Part shown: in pieces, positions 44,864-57,081 of the stretch
Position numbering within the stretch: position 1 is the stretch's first letter
Layout of the letters: every line of letters starts with the position of its first letter
NCBI GenBank assembly: GCA_027923505.1
Contig: BROI01000014.1
Coordinates: 186,001-250,000, forward strand
Origin: Mayamaea pseudoterrestris
Taxonomy: Eukaryota
Direction: 5' to 3'
DNA length: 64,000 nt
Program-made: the position numbers and the translations under genes
Notes under the pieces: generated by a model
Told to the model about the DNA's origin: nothing
Seen by the model: only the letters and a program-made list of their open reading frames with translations
Database searches by the model: none

Positions 44864-45143
44864 TGTTGCAAACCCCTTTAGCTTCGGTGTGACGACCAAA
44901 ATGACCTCAGTAATAGAAGAAGAAGGCGATTAGACTGAAGTTGAAAAGGGTGGGAAGGCTAACGGAAAGGCCTTCCACCAACGATGGTAATAAGGATGCT
45001 CCGGGTAAATAGGCCCAAAGATTGGACCAGAGAAGGCATCCGAATGTGGCCTTCACTGGTGAAGCAATCTGCTCACAAAGCAGTAGAAGATTCAAGCGAT
45101 TTTCGTCTACCACCAAACGATTCATTTTGTAATCATTCCAACA
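44864..45143 (+). mobile_element. LTR-like repeat (280 bp, TGTTG...CAACA) preceded by a purine tract
   Basis: Canonical Copia-type 5-bp terminal inverted repeats; GAAGGAAATGGGAGAC immediately upstream; diverged second copy at about 46313-46580. Confidence 0.7.
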
Positions 45144-45145
45144 AG

Positions 45146-46384
45146 ATGCGGAGCTTTCCGTTCAAAGGAGAGACGAGAGAAGAGTTTGAGTCATTCAAGA
45201 TACGATTCCTCAGTGAGGCGAAGGTGTGCGGTTGCAAACTGTACCTCCTCAAGGATACGACAAAGGATGACGCTGGAGTACCAACTCCCTTCCTCACTTA
45301 CTGGGAACATGACAGTCGTCAAGTTCAGGTGACAGCCACTGGCGAGAGTCAACGGCTTCCACGACAACCGCCTTCGCCGAGTGACGATGTTGCGCAGCAC
45401 GAGATGAGTGACAGCAACTACAAGAACGCTTGTTTTCCACCTTCCGCGAACCGACATTCCACGAGCTCTTGCGTTATCAGAAGAATGCGGAAGCAATGAA
45501 CGGTTTGATCGCTAGCGCCGAGAGACGAGGGTTGCTCCAAGGCCTGGACCAATACGAGACGGCGTTTGAGATGTGGTCGATGCTAGTCGCCGAGTTCGAG
45601 TCCACTCACCTTTTTACAGACCTTAAAAAGCTTAGCCAAGCTCCGCCAGACCAGTCCGGGAGACTACGACAAGCCCGAGGCGTACTTCAGTGACATCGAC
45701 TTGAGAAACGGCAACCTTGGCCTCATTGACAAGGGCAAATACAAGCTCGACGACATTCAATTGACTGTCTTGATGTACAAGAGCATCCCAGATAATAATA
45801 ACGCCAAGTGGGATGCCTTTAAAGTGTTCCACTTGTCAAAGTTGATGACACTGACAGGCACGGAATTTCGTGAGCTCTTGAAGGACTGCTGGTATCAATT
45901 TGGCAATCCATGCAACAAGAAGGCTGTCAGAGACAAAGACCACGCGCTCGCTTTTACAAGCCGCAAGGAAGGTGGACGTGGTAAACAATTCAAGAAAGGA
46001 TCAAAAGGCAAAGGCGGCGGCGACGCCGCATCGATGGCCAACGGAACGAACAAACCCAAGAAAGAACGCCCAGACATCACCTGTTTCAACTGCGATAAGC
46101 CTGGTCACTTTGCTAGCGACTGCAAAGAGCCAAAGAAAGAGAAACCGATCCAGTTTGCAGCAGCAACTAGCTCAAAGAAACAAACGAAGAGCAACAAAAC
46201 GGAGTTCGATCGGTCGAACGACGAGATGGAGGAAGCCGAAAGCGAATGGGACGCCATTGAAGCGGCAGCAGCAGATGATCTTGCCGAGGTTACCACTCAC
46301 CTCATTACCAAATTCGGCATGACCAAAGTACAACAAAAGGGTAGGAAGGCTAATGAAGAGGCCTTTTACGATGGATGGTACTAA
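45146..46384 (+). pseudogene. Frameshifted Ty1/Copia-type gag with CCHC zinc knuckle
   Basis: Three consecutive frames: FPFKGE..EFESFKIRF; ETAFEMWSMLVAEFES; PEAYFSDID...KSIP...CFNCDKPGHFASDC; no protease, integrase or RT follows. Confidence 0.8.
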
Positions 46385-46580
46385 AAATGCTTCGAGGAAA
46401 GAGACCCTAGGATCAATAGGACCAAAGGAGGCATTCGATTGTGGCACTTCACTGGTGAAACGATCAAGGATTGATCGAACCAGTAAAAGTAGCAGAATGC
46501 TCACCAAGCAGTAGAAGAGTCGGTTAAAGTAAGCAAGATACGTTTACCATTAAAACATTCGTTTTTAGTAACTTTAGCCA
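46313..46580 (+). mobile_element. Diverged second LTR-like copy (ends approximate)
   Basis: Colinear shared blocks with the first copy: AAAAGGGT(G/A)GGAAGGCTAA, GATGGTA, CTTCACTGGTGAA, TGCTCAC(A/C)AAGCAGTAGAAGA. Confidence 0.65.
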
Positions 46581-46936
46581 TCGCCTCAACGCGATCAAGT
46601 GGTTAAGTGGATGCACTGAAATCGCGCTGGCGACTAAATCTGCGTCGAGCTTCTCTTCACATAACTAAACAATGAATACTTGCTAAAACTATGGAGAAAC
46701 TGCTTGAGCGACTATCTAATCTTCAAATCTTGAAACATAGAGCGGACGCCCGCGATAGAGATGCTATTGGGGTCTATTAACTGCGAGAACAACCTTGACG
46801 TTTCGAAGCCATCCCACCTTTAATTCGCATCCGACCGGTACTTAACGGTTCGCGCCATATTATCCTCCGCCATGAGATTCGGGATCATCCAACTTACTTC
46901 TCTGTCAGCTCCAATTCCATACTACTTGATTTAGCC

Positions 46937-48071
46937 ATGAACTTTTCAATTCCTGGCGTACCCGCCATTGCCGCCGTGATTCCAGGCAAATCGCCAACTA
47001 CTTGCATTCGCTACCACGAGGAGGGAAAGACTCTTTACGTTGCTTCCGAGGGAGACGCGCAGCTGCAAGTCGTCAACTGCCTGTCTGGCAAGGAGGAGAA
47101 TCTAGCGCTTCGTGTGGACCGAGAGCAAATACATGAAGTGGAAGCGACGTGAGTAGAATATAAATGTGTAGTGAGCTAGAGTTTCATAATCTGCGTTGCT
47201 AGCTAGCGCTCACTTCTACTTCGTCCTTGTTATGCGTCTTTCATAAAGTCACCACGAGAACTGCGTCTTGTTCGCCGGCAAGGGTTCCACCATGATTCCC
47301 TCCGGCCAGCGGCACGCCGTCAGCTACTGGTCGCTGCACGACAATAAAATCTTGCGCAAGTTCCGCGGCCACCAAGACAAGGTGAATCACATTAGCATGT
47401 CGCCGTGCGACGATACGTTTTTAACGTCCAGTGTGGATCGCACCGTGCGACTATGGAATTTACAGCAGGCTGGTGGCATTGCCGAACTGAAACTTCCCAG
47501 TGAGACTGCCAAGGGACCACTGGCATGTTTCGACGCCACGGGACTCGTCTTTGCCGTGGGCGCCTTGACGGCCGACTTGAAGGGTCACTACGTGCACCTT
47601 TACGACGCCCGCAACTATGGCGCCGGTGCGTTCGCCGAGTTTAAACTGCAGCAGCAAGACGTGGAGCAAGCCATGCAGGCGCAGACTGGAGTGGCAAGTA
47701 GTAGTGGAAGCAGTGGCTCATCGTTGGGTGAATTACATTCGCTGAGCTTTAATACCTCCGGCAGTCAGATTCTGCTGGGTGGCGAGCACGGGCAAACACT
47801 CGTTTTGGATGGATTCGAAGGAACGATTCAAAAGGTCTTTTCGCCTGCCAATCGAACGAGTGACGGTTTCTTGGCGAGCTGCTTTTCGTCCGACGACAAG
47901 ACGCTGCTGCAGGCGAACGATGCTGGCGGAATATTGTGCTGGGATTTGGAACATGGATCGTTGCTGCAGACGCTGGAAGGACATTCCAGTCGGGTCAACT
48001 GCATATCATCCAACCCGCGATACAGTCAAATAGCATCCAGCTGTACACAAACGTGCTTGTGGCTGTGGTAA
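46937..48071 (+). CDS. WDR82: WD40 protein WDR82/Swd2 (COMPASS/cleavage factor subunit); intron 47149-47248
   Basis: YWSLHDNKILRKFRGH, SMSPCDDTFLTSSVDRTVRLWNL, LYDARNY; GTGAGT..AAG intron joins in frame. Confidence 0.88.
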
Positions 48072-48147
48072 CAAATGATGTTTATTTGAATTGCTACGAG
48101 TAGTGTTCTATTTACTAAGTTCACTTCGCATGCCAATATAATACTTT

Positions 48148-48537
48148 TTAGTTTCCTCCCATCACATTTTCATTGTCTCGTTTCCACTGCTCCAAACCTT
48201 CCTGAAACTGCATCATGAGATGATCCGTCTCACTTCCCAAATCTTCCATCGCGTTGGAAAGCACCTCCGTCGGCGCCACGTTGGACGTGGTCGTTTGCAC
48301 CCTCAAGTCAATGTAGTTGAGCAACGGATGCGGATGTATGTATCCGGCAAACTTGACGTTCGGATCACGCAGCAGCTGCAGACGAAGTAAATTACCAATC
48401 GTGTGGTCCTCCTTGTTGAAGCGAAAGGTGCCAGCGTTTTCCGTCTTGGTGTCGATGCTGTACTCAATCTTTTGCTCGCCGGCATCCTCGTCCAAGACAA
48501 AGGCTGCGGCTCGTTCTGGTGCGTTCATTCCTGACAT
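48148..48537 (-). CDS. RPB11: RNA polymerase II subunit RPB11
   Basis: MNAPER...NKEDHTIGNLLRLQLLRDPNVKFAGYIHPHPL. Confidence 0.96.
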   Translation of the reverse strand: MSGMNAPERAAAFVLDEDAGEQKIEYSIDTKTENAGTFRFNKEDHTIGNLLRLQLLRDPNVKFAGYIHPHPLLNYIDLRVQTTTSNVAPTEVLSNAMEDLGSETDHLMMQFQEGLEQWKRDNENVMGGN

Positions 48538-48952
48538 TGTGTGATTATATTGTTATTAAAAAAGTGGGTTTGATTTGATAAAAGAAATTATCGAATGAAA
48601 AAAGTTTAGGGAAAAGATTTGCGGTGCGGAATGCAGGATGAAGCGTCATGGTGAAAACGATGATGCGTCGCATGGAGTACGAAACGTCACAGCTTACTCT
48701 GCTGCGCTCGTTTTTGTTTGCCTGGCAGTATTCAAGGCTCATCTACGCACGCCTACGGAGTGACCGATGTTCTTGGATCATCCGCGCTGGCGCGCGCCCG
48801 GGATCATCCATCCATCATCGCACACACACGCAACAACATCACACTTTCAAATTCTTCGTCATCGGCAAGCATCCATCATAGTCTCATTGCTTGTGACCTG
48901 CTTGTAGCAAGAAGATCGCCATTATTACCCTTCCTTTTCACCAGTCAATAAT

Positions 48953-51900
48953 ATGATGCTTTCCCCGCAAGCCGCCCGCATGGGCACTGTCTTTACCACC
49001 TTGCGCAAGATTGGGTCGTCGCGCGGCCGATCGACGGCCCGGCATCGAATCTTTCCAAGCAATAGCCAGGTTTCGTTCAAATCGACCATGGCGTCTGTTG
49101 CTGTTGACGACGATGATGAAGACGATTTGCGAGTGACAAGGACGAAGAATGCTACCGGTAGTCGAGTGGCGGTGACATGCAACGATGAGGAAACGCAGAA
49201 AAAAGTGCGCCATCCGATGCCAACGAATCATCCATCGGCATCCGCCTCAACTTCTCCAAGTGCTGCCACGCATCGCTCGCACGAGCAAGCCTGGATGGTG
49301 AACCTTGGTCGCGAGTGCGATGACTGGCTGCATGGACCTCGGTCCGCCGATTGGTTCACCGGTGTACATCCTTCGTCTGGAACGTGTCCAGGCGTGGATG
49401 TTCATGGAAGCATTCGCTCCGTTCCCTTGCCGAATCTGAGTCGAGTGACGAGGCAAGCCGCAAAGGAGTATTTTGATAATTCGTGGACGCTCTTTGAAAC
49501 AATGTTTGCGGGCTTGAAGGGTGATGAACCGTTTTATCGGTGAGTGAAACTAGTGTGCTGCATTATGCGATATGCGTTAGCCAATGTTCTGGCACGTGGC
49601 GACTTACCCAATATCCTTAACACGTTGCTCGTTATAGACCTCCAGTCCATGGATTGAGACATCCGCAAATCTTTTACTACGGACATACGGCATGTTTGTA
49701 CGTGAACAAGTTACGCCTCGCGGGCGTGCTAGATAAGCCCGTCAATCCATACTTTGAAAGCATCTTTGAGGTTGGCGTGGACGAAATGCTATGGGACGAC
49801 ATGCACAAGAATGACATGGTGTGGCCAACCGTTTCCGAGGTTCGTGAGTATCGCAAGCAAGTGTATCAGGTTGTAGTCGATGCCATTATGAACCATTCCA
49901 GCTTGGACAATGATCCAAAGGTGGACCAAAAGCATCCAATGTGGGCTTTGTTTCTGGTAAGTGCTGTAGAGTATGTCGGTTCGACGCTTTGCAGACTAGT
50001 CGCGGGGCTAAATCTTGGATGTCTCTCCTTACTCGATAGGGCTTTGAGCACGAGCGTATCCATCTCGAAACGAGCTCAGTCTTATTTCGAGAGACACCTG
50101 TTCATTTGGTCCAAACTCCGGAAAACTGGCCGCCCATGCATCCTTCTGCATACGAGAATAATGGTTCGCCAACGAGCCATCCAGTCGAAGGCGTCGATTA
50201 TCCGTCAAATCGCATGATCATGGTCGAGGATGAAAGCAGCGTCGATTTGGGGAAGCCGGCATCATTTCCCAGCTTTGGCTGGGATAATGAATATGGGGAG
50301 CGACACGTTAACGTCCCTCCCTTTTATGCGAGTGAACACATGGTCACCAATGGCGCCTTTTGGCAGTTTGTCGAAGATGGAGGTTATCGCACGCAGGAAT
50401 ACTGGTGCGATGATGGCTGGGCCTGGCGAACTCATCGCAACGCCAAGTGGCCATTCTTTTGGAACCAGATTGGACCCGCTGGTTCGAACGAGTTTGCCTT
50501 GCGCACCATTTTTGAAAATATTGCCATGCCATGGAATTGGCCAGTTAATGTGAACTACTACGAGGCGAAGGCTTTCTGCCGCTGGAAATCTGCTCACGAA
50601 GAAACACCGACGGCAAAACCGTATCGGGTGCTTACAGAGGCGGAACATCATGTCATTCGAAACAAGGAACATAGTCTAAATGCCGCCAGAAAAGACGTTC
50701 ACGCCGATAAGGTGATGGTCACATCCGGACAGGAGTTTGCTCGTGGAAGTAGCGCGATGAATTTGAACCTATCCTATTCGTCGGAGAGTCCAGTAGGCGC
50801 TTTTCCTGCGTCGCACACGGGTCATTATGATTCCACTGGTAATGCCTGGGAGTGGACTGAAGATCATTTCAGCCCTTTAAAGGGATTTGAAGTGCATCAT
50901 GTCTACGATGATTTCTCAACCCCTTGCTTTGATGGCAAACATTCCATGATTGTCGGTGGCTCTTTCATTTCGACCGGTGACGAGGCTTCTGTATTCGCAC
51001 GTTTCCATTTCCGGCCCCACTTTTTGCAGCACTCCGGATTTCGATTGGTGACTTCTAATGATGAAGCTCCAGCTACTCATCTTTTCGCAGGCAATTTTGA
51101 AGGCCAAGCTGCGAAGCGTGATGAAGCGCAGGCATCGGAATTGTTAAGTAAGGGTGCTGGATCGGCACCAGACTCGGTTTACGAATCAAAGCAAAGTTTA
51201 CATATGTACCTTGGGCTTCATTACCCTAGTTCGGGCCAGCAAGAGAATGTGCCACCTATCATACCTCATGGAACCAATACGCCGACTCATGGTTTACGGT
51301 TCCCTCAGCGCGTTGTTGCGCTCTTGAACTCGCTCAAACCCGAGCTCACCAATAATCGAGCATTGGATATTGGCTGCGCTGTAGGTGGTGCTTCTTTCGA
51401 ACTTGCCAAGTCCTTTGGTCATGTCGATGCATTTGACTTTAGCGCTTCTTTTGTCCATGCCGCCCATCGCATGCAAGCTGGCGAGTCTATTCGATTTCGC
51501 GTCCCAGTCGAAGCTGACATTTACGAGGAAGTTGAAGCGGTTCACGAGTCAGATGTAAGCGAAAGAGTCCGATCGAAGATTGATTTCTTTACTGGTGATG
51601 CTTGCAAAATTCGCGAGATGGCTGACAGCGGAAAATTGAGCTCTTATGATGCCTTGATCATGTCAAACCTTTTATGTCGCCTACCTGATCCGATGGCTTG
51701 TCTCGAAGACCTTCCTCTAGTCACAAACAAGGGTGGCGTTGTTGTCATGGTCACGCCTTTTAGCTGGTTGACGGAATTCACGCCTCGTAGCAAGTGGCTG
51801 GGTGGCTTCATCGACCCCGTCTCGAAGGCTCCGATCCGCTCCAAGGACGTACTCCGGACCGTAATGGAGTTGAACGGATTTGAGAAGATACACGAATCTG

Positions 51901-51983
51901 AGATGCCGTTGATCATCCGCGAGCATCAGCGCAAATATCAGTATATCATAAGCGAGGCTACTGGCTGGAGAAATGTTGGGTAG
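48953..51983 (+). CDS. ovoA: 5-histidylcysteine sulfoxide synthase / methyltransferase OvoA (ovothiol biosynthesis); introns 49540-49637 and 49957-50039
   Basis: LRHPQIFYYGHT, FEHERIHLETS (Fe-binding HX3HXE), FGWDNEYG and GNAWEW (FGE-sulfatase), ALDIGCAVG (SAM-MTase), REHQRKYQ. Confidence 0.95.
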
Positions 51984-52777
51984 GTTTAGATGGTTGACAC
52001 GCCATGCTACAAACATAATAAAGTATTTACACATTTAGAAAAACCAAATCACATGGGAGTAGCGAAAGCGTTGGACGACTGACTCTGAGAGACCGACAGC
52101 TCGTTAGGCTACGTTCGCATGATTGCCGTATGAGCTGATGAATTGATTGTTGCCACGACTATAGGCAACATCTCGTGACTGGCTTGCACATACCGTACCG
52201 TCTCCATAATGCTTGCCACTCCTTTGCTAGGTCGCCTGTATACGAGTGATCCTCCCGCGGTTCAGACTTCTCCTTTCTTGAAGCAGCATTGCCTCCCGCA
52301 AGACCTGAAATGTCTTTGTCGACGAGTCTCCGGAAGAGAATGCCAATCGATAAGCTTGTGGTTATCGTCGTGCGCTATATCTGCTGCTAGCGCATTACAG
52401 TTTCCGCTTCTTTTGGTTCCAACATGGCTGCGAAGTCACGCACCAGCAACATGCGAGCCCTCTCCAAATGAGAAACCTTATAGTTATTAAAGCAAGCGGT
52501 CGAGATTTGCCTGCCTGCGCATGATGTTTCAGTGTCAAACAAAATTTTCAATTGTAAAGATCCAAGTCATGCAACTAATGGACGTCGATCCTTGCTGCTC
52601 GTCGCGGTCATTGGGTGCGCGATTGCTTCGACAAGGCAAAGCACACAGGTGAAAAGCTTGTCGCATCGGTGATGTCAGTCGAGTCAGTCGCGCCTGCTGG
52701 ATCTTCTTATTTGCACCTTCCACCACTTCACTGCTTCATCGGCGTTATCTACAACATATCCAACTCGTTTTCATACC

Positions 52778-53197
52778 ATGCGTCCAACAGTAACTCTCGT
52801 CTTGACGGTTGCCGCCATCTGCCTTGCCGCAGTGACCGCATTTTCTCCCATGACTCCCACGACCACGAGTCTAAAAGAACTCGTTCCATCAACATCATCA
52901 CAAGCAACGTCACTAACTGCCTCCAAAGCAGTGTCGGCAGCTCCTGCGACAGCAACACTGACAGCAACCGCCGCCGCCTTGGTGACGGCCAACATGATTC
53001 CCTTGGCTGCCTTGGCCGAGGAGGAGTATGTGTACGGCGCCGTGGATGCTCCGCCACTCATTCCCATCATTGGCGGAATTTTGGCAATCTTGACGGCAGC
53101 CTTGCCCATCTTTCTTCGCAGCGGAGAGGAAGCCTTTGAGGAAATGAAGGACAAGGATGGGTTTGGAAGTGGACGTGATCAGCTCAAGAGAAAGTAA
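52778..53197 (+). CDS. Small thylakoid-targeted single-TM protein of unknown identity
   Basis: Signal peptide plus VTA|F, Ser/Thr transit peptide, Ala-rich segment ending ALA|E, mature 59 aa with one TM. Confidence 0.8.
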   Translation: MRPTVTLVLTVAAICLAAVTAFSPMTPTTTSLKELVPSTSSQATSLTASKAVSAAPATATLTATAAALVTANMIPLAALAEEEYVYGAVDAPPLIPIIGGILAILTAALPIFLRSGEEAFEEMKDKDGFGSGRDQLKRK

Positions 53198-53565
53198 ATC
53201 GGGATGCTATTTGGATGCTAGCTAGCTATACCGGTATGCAACGCGAAAAATATGTAATTCTGCGCGGGTTCAAAATTTAAAAAGGACAGGTTATTGCGCA
53301 GCTGATAGTTTTTGTCGCTTACTAGATATAATATGCTACACAATTGTAAACGCAAAGGGAAACAGATGCGATTGCAACATGGTCCTACGACGCTTAGCAC
53401 GTCGTAGCGGTAATCAACACGGATCACACTGCAACACGATCGACCATCATGCATGTGTGACGAGAAGGGCAGCGACCACAGCTTTTTCTCTTCGTTGACC
53501 TTCTTATAAAAAACCAAAAATTAGCCGAGGAAATACATCGTTTGGTCGATAAGCTATAAAAGAAG

Positions 53566-54213
53566 ATGGAGGCACCAGCATCAACGACAACGACTCCCGC
53601 CGGACGTCACGAGGAAACCGATCCCTCGCTTCTTCACACGGCCGTCAAGCTTGGAGACTTAATACGCCAACATGTTCGAGAGCAATCATCTCCAGACGAA
53701 TCAGATTCATCCAAAGGATTCATTGAAACCGTTATTGATCCATCTGCTACAACCCCCGGTTTAATGGAAGGCATTGCCGCCGCCATTGTCACGGCTGGAC
53801 TCTTGACGCCCGTCCGAAGCACCTTGATCAAGTCGACTTCGCAAACTCCACTCGGCGTCTTTACCGATTTGGTAACGTCAAGTACATTGGTGATTGCGTC
53901 AAGCATGGCGGGCATGTATGTTGGCAGTCTCGTGGGAAGTACCGCCTACTTGAAACAATTGGCAGCCGTTCCGACGGACCGAGAGAGTGTTACGGCGGAT
54001 GCCGTTTGTGGATCCAGCATGGTGAGGGAATTGCTCACGACTGCGGCTAGCAGTGGTAGAAACAGTTATTCGTCCGAGTCTGCAGCGTCGTTTGCACTGG
54101 GGGAACAGGATCCAAGGCATCAGGCAATCTTGGCGTACCAGCAGGCGCTGCAAAAATGTGTGGATCGTGCCGTACATCAGCAGGAGAATGAGGGACATGC
54201 CTTTTCAAGGTAG
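53566..54213 (+). CDS. Hypothetical two-TM protein
   Basis: 215 aa ATG-started ORF; two hydrophobic segments; ESVTADAVC and LQKCVDR. Confidence 0.7.
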   Translation: MEAPASTTTTPAGRHEETDPSLLHTAVKLGDLIRQHVREQSSPDESDSSKGFIETVIDPSATTPGLMEGIAAAIVTAGLLTPVRSTLIKSTSQTPLGVFTDLVTSSTLVIASSMAGMYVGSLVGSTAYLKQLAAVPTDRESVTADAVCGSSMVRELLTTAASSGRNSYSSESAASFALGEQDPRHQAILAYQQALQKCVDRAVHQQENEGHAFSR

Positions 54214-54523
54214 TGCGTACTGTCCGACACGATGCGTCGCATGATGGTCTACATTGAGTATGAGTTTCTGGTTTGCAATGGCGCCTACTCACCATGTACT
54301 GCGAGGCGATGTGTGAGTCACACAACGCACCTTGTCCGACCTTCTGCCATTTTCTATAATGTATCACAATAGAAAACGTGTACTGCTATGCTAATATATG
54401 TACTCTGAACTTGTTTATTATATGATTCATCACGCAATATTATAAAGTCCATGGCCGCTGCATCATGTCGCCTTCATCCCCATTCTACCAATTTCGTCCA
54501 TTCACTCCCGTGCAATACATCAC

Positions 54524-56240
54524 CTAAAACTGCTTGCCATTGACAAAATCACCAATCATGTCCAAGGCAATCTTGGGCTGGTCACTCGGAACCATATGAC
54601 CAGCATCATACACTTGGAGAAACGTCAAACCCTTGGCCGTACGCGCCATTCCAGCACCCTTCCATTCATGCTCGTCGGCATTTTGAAAGTCCTTCTTGCC
54701 ATCCCATTCCAACTTGTACGTCCACGCCTTGTTTCCCAAATAGTTGCAAATAAAGTCAACATCACCCGCGTAAATCAATGCCGGAATGCCGCCATTCACT
54801 AAATCAGCCACCATGCTGGAAAAGTCCTTCATCCAGTCGGTGCGAAACTGCATGTTGATGCCAAAGTTGCACGTTTGCCACGCGTGCGAGTGCTTCTCGT
54901 CCACGTTGAGCGCCTTGCGCGTGGAGGGGCGGTTGAGCCACTTTTCAATGTGCGACATGTCGTAGCACAGTGGAGGCTCCGCGCACTTGATGCGAATATC
55001 GTAGGGGTTGAGGCCCGTCGCCTGGTAGGGACTGGTCAGTCCAAGGTTGCAGACCAAAAAGGCGCTCTGGCAGGCGAAAATGTCCAACATGGAGTCACCT
55101 TCGTTGCACTTGGCAATCAATGCCGTGCAGCGCGGAACGACAGCCTGCATGCCTTGGTAAACGTCCTCCGAAACGACTTGAATGCCGTGCGAGTTGTTGT
55201 ACACCATTTCAGGATACCACTTGTACTGCTCCTCCGGATTGGTGAGTCCATTGCCAACGCCGAGTCCAGCAAGATTCAACTCAATGCAGTTCTTGGCTGG
55301 CATCTTTTTGTTGTAGGTAAAGACGCGATGCGCAATGGCAGGTGCATAATGACCGCCATATGACTCGCCGACAATGTAGAGAGGACTCTTTTGGTACTGC
55401 GGATACGTCTGAAAGAATGTTTGCAAAAACCAGTAGGCATCCTCCGAAACCATTTCCTCGTTCGAATCCGTCTCACTTCCATACGAAAACCCCACTCCAG
55501 CAGGTTGATCGAGCCACAAGACATGCGCCGCTTCCGTCCACGAGTATGGATTGGGCGTTGTCGTTGCGCCATCGTCATTGACAGAGCATGGTCCATTCTC
55601 CGTCAACAAGGCCAGTGTGCTCGAACAACCAGGTCCACCCGTCAACCAAACTATAAAGGGAATCTCGGAAGCATCTTCCGCAGAGACTTGATCAGCGTTA
55701 CGCTTTTCAAACATCCAAAAGAACAAGTGCTTGTCTTCTCCATCGTTATCGTATTTGGATCCCTTCAAGTCAATGTAACCACTGCGAGAGACTGACGAGG
55801 CGTCGCAAAACTCGTCATTCTCGTGCTCCTTGATGCGCAGATTGGCCTGCACGTTTCCAAACGTCAACAAGTTGGGACTGCTGCACTCAAAGACTCCGGC
55901 TGGAAGATACTGCGCCTGCTCGGAACTCATGCACTCGGAGGGAATGGCGCCAGCGACGCACCACTGACAGCTAGAGCCAGTCTTAAATTATACATAGTTA
56001 TAAGTGGAGTAAAGGAGAGTCAGTAAATATCATTACATCGTCATACGGTATATATATTTAGCAGTCATGGCGAGAATTCTCATGCCGCCATGTCAACCAT
56101 CAGTCACGCACCTTGTCATCCACCGACTGGACGCAAGCCTCGGGGTTTGGCTGCTCATTGCACGACGACGCTTCCGGTGCTTGGGCCTTTCCAGTGGCAA
56201 GCACAATACTCAGTAACAGTAGCAGCAAGGGGAATCTCAT
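54524..56240 (-). CDS. Secreted serine carboxypeptidase (S10); intron 55982-56111
   Basis: WLTGGPGCSS, DQPAGVGFSY, GESYGGHYAP, AGDVDFICN, DAGHMVPSDQP; exon 1 MRFPLLLLLL splices in frame (DDK|TGSSCQWC). Confidence 0.93.
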
Positions 56241-56578
56241 GGTTGCAGCTGTTGGTGTGTGACTGCTAATGCCTCGTTGCCTCTTCGCGAGATCCTTTCG
56301 AAGAATTCATAAACGCGCGCGGCGCGCGTGCATCAACGGCTTCGAAACCCGGAGTCCCGCATAAATGTCGTAGTGGCTCTTTTGTCTAGCTATGACATTG
56401 CAACCTATATAAATGTTTGAGCCTTTAAATCAGCACGTACATGATTGTGATATCATACTACTTTCTGGCTATATCAGCATAAAATATCCACCAAAGTGGG
56501 CGGACGAGCCTGAAGTAGTGGCCGCATCGGCTTTCGTCGAAGCGTGCATTCTCTCCCTACTACCGTAGTGATAGCACA

Positions 56579-57081
56579 ATGCTTGAATATAAAGCCACTA
56601 TGTTGAGGAATAGGCAAGATTGTGTTATAGGGATTCAATTGCTAGAACGCGCTCACAATGTGAGCGTGGATACACCATGTTGGGTACACTTCCAACTAGT
56701 GGGCATTTACCGCTGTTTAGCTGACGCAACATCGCGATCTCACCAGCTATACAGCCTTTCTACCCACCAACAAGCGATTCCTTGAGTTGGCTCCCAAAGG
56801 TCACTGGAAATTGTGCGAGGCCTCTATGTCTTTTATTTGCTTTCGAAGCCTGTAGGGAAAGTGGTAGCCAAGTGGCGAACATGCAGATACATGGCCGTCA
56901 AAACGCTGCCAATGCAGCTGAGGCAGTACACTTTTATGAGCGGGCATCGGCAGAAAGCGAGATCTATGCCGCGTTTCGGTTGTGCCCGTCTTCTGAAACA
57001 CAATTCCCGATGGTCCATCGTCATGTCGTCAATCTGTACCAACTCGGTATCATTTCTAACCGTCCAGCCAGTTATTATTAG
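56579..57081 (+). pseudogene. Possible decayed Sel1-like repeat gene fragment
   Basis: Broken frames contain GIQLLERA...FQLVGIY and NAAEAVHFYERASAESEIYAAFRL, which resemble Sel1 repeats. Confidence 0.3.

Noticed and set aside
44984..46384. Domesticated gag gene or programmed frameshifting
   Set aside because: Two frame breaks inside the capsid-like region with no clear slippery sites, plus flanking LTR-like repeats, favour a decayed element
52050..52500. Short ORFs between ovoA and the thylakoid peptide gene (possible OvoB partner)
   Set aside because: Fragmented frames with no PLP-lyase motifs
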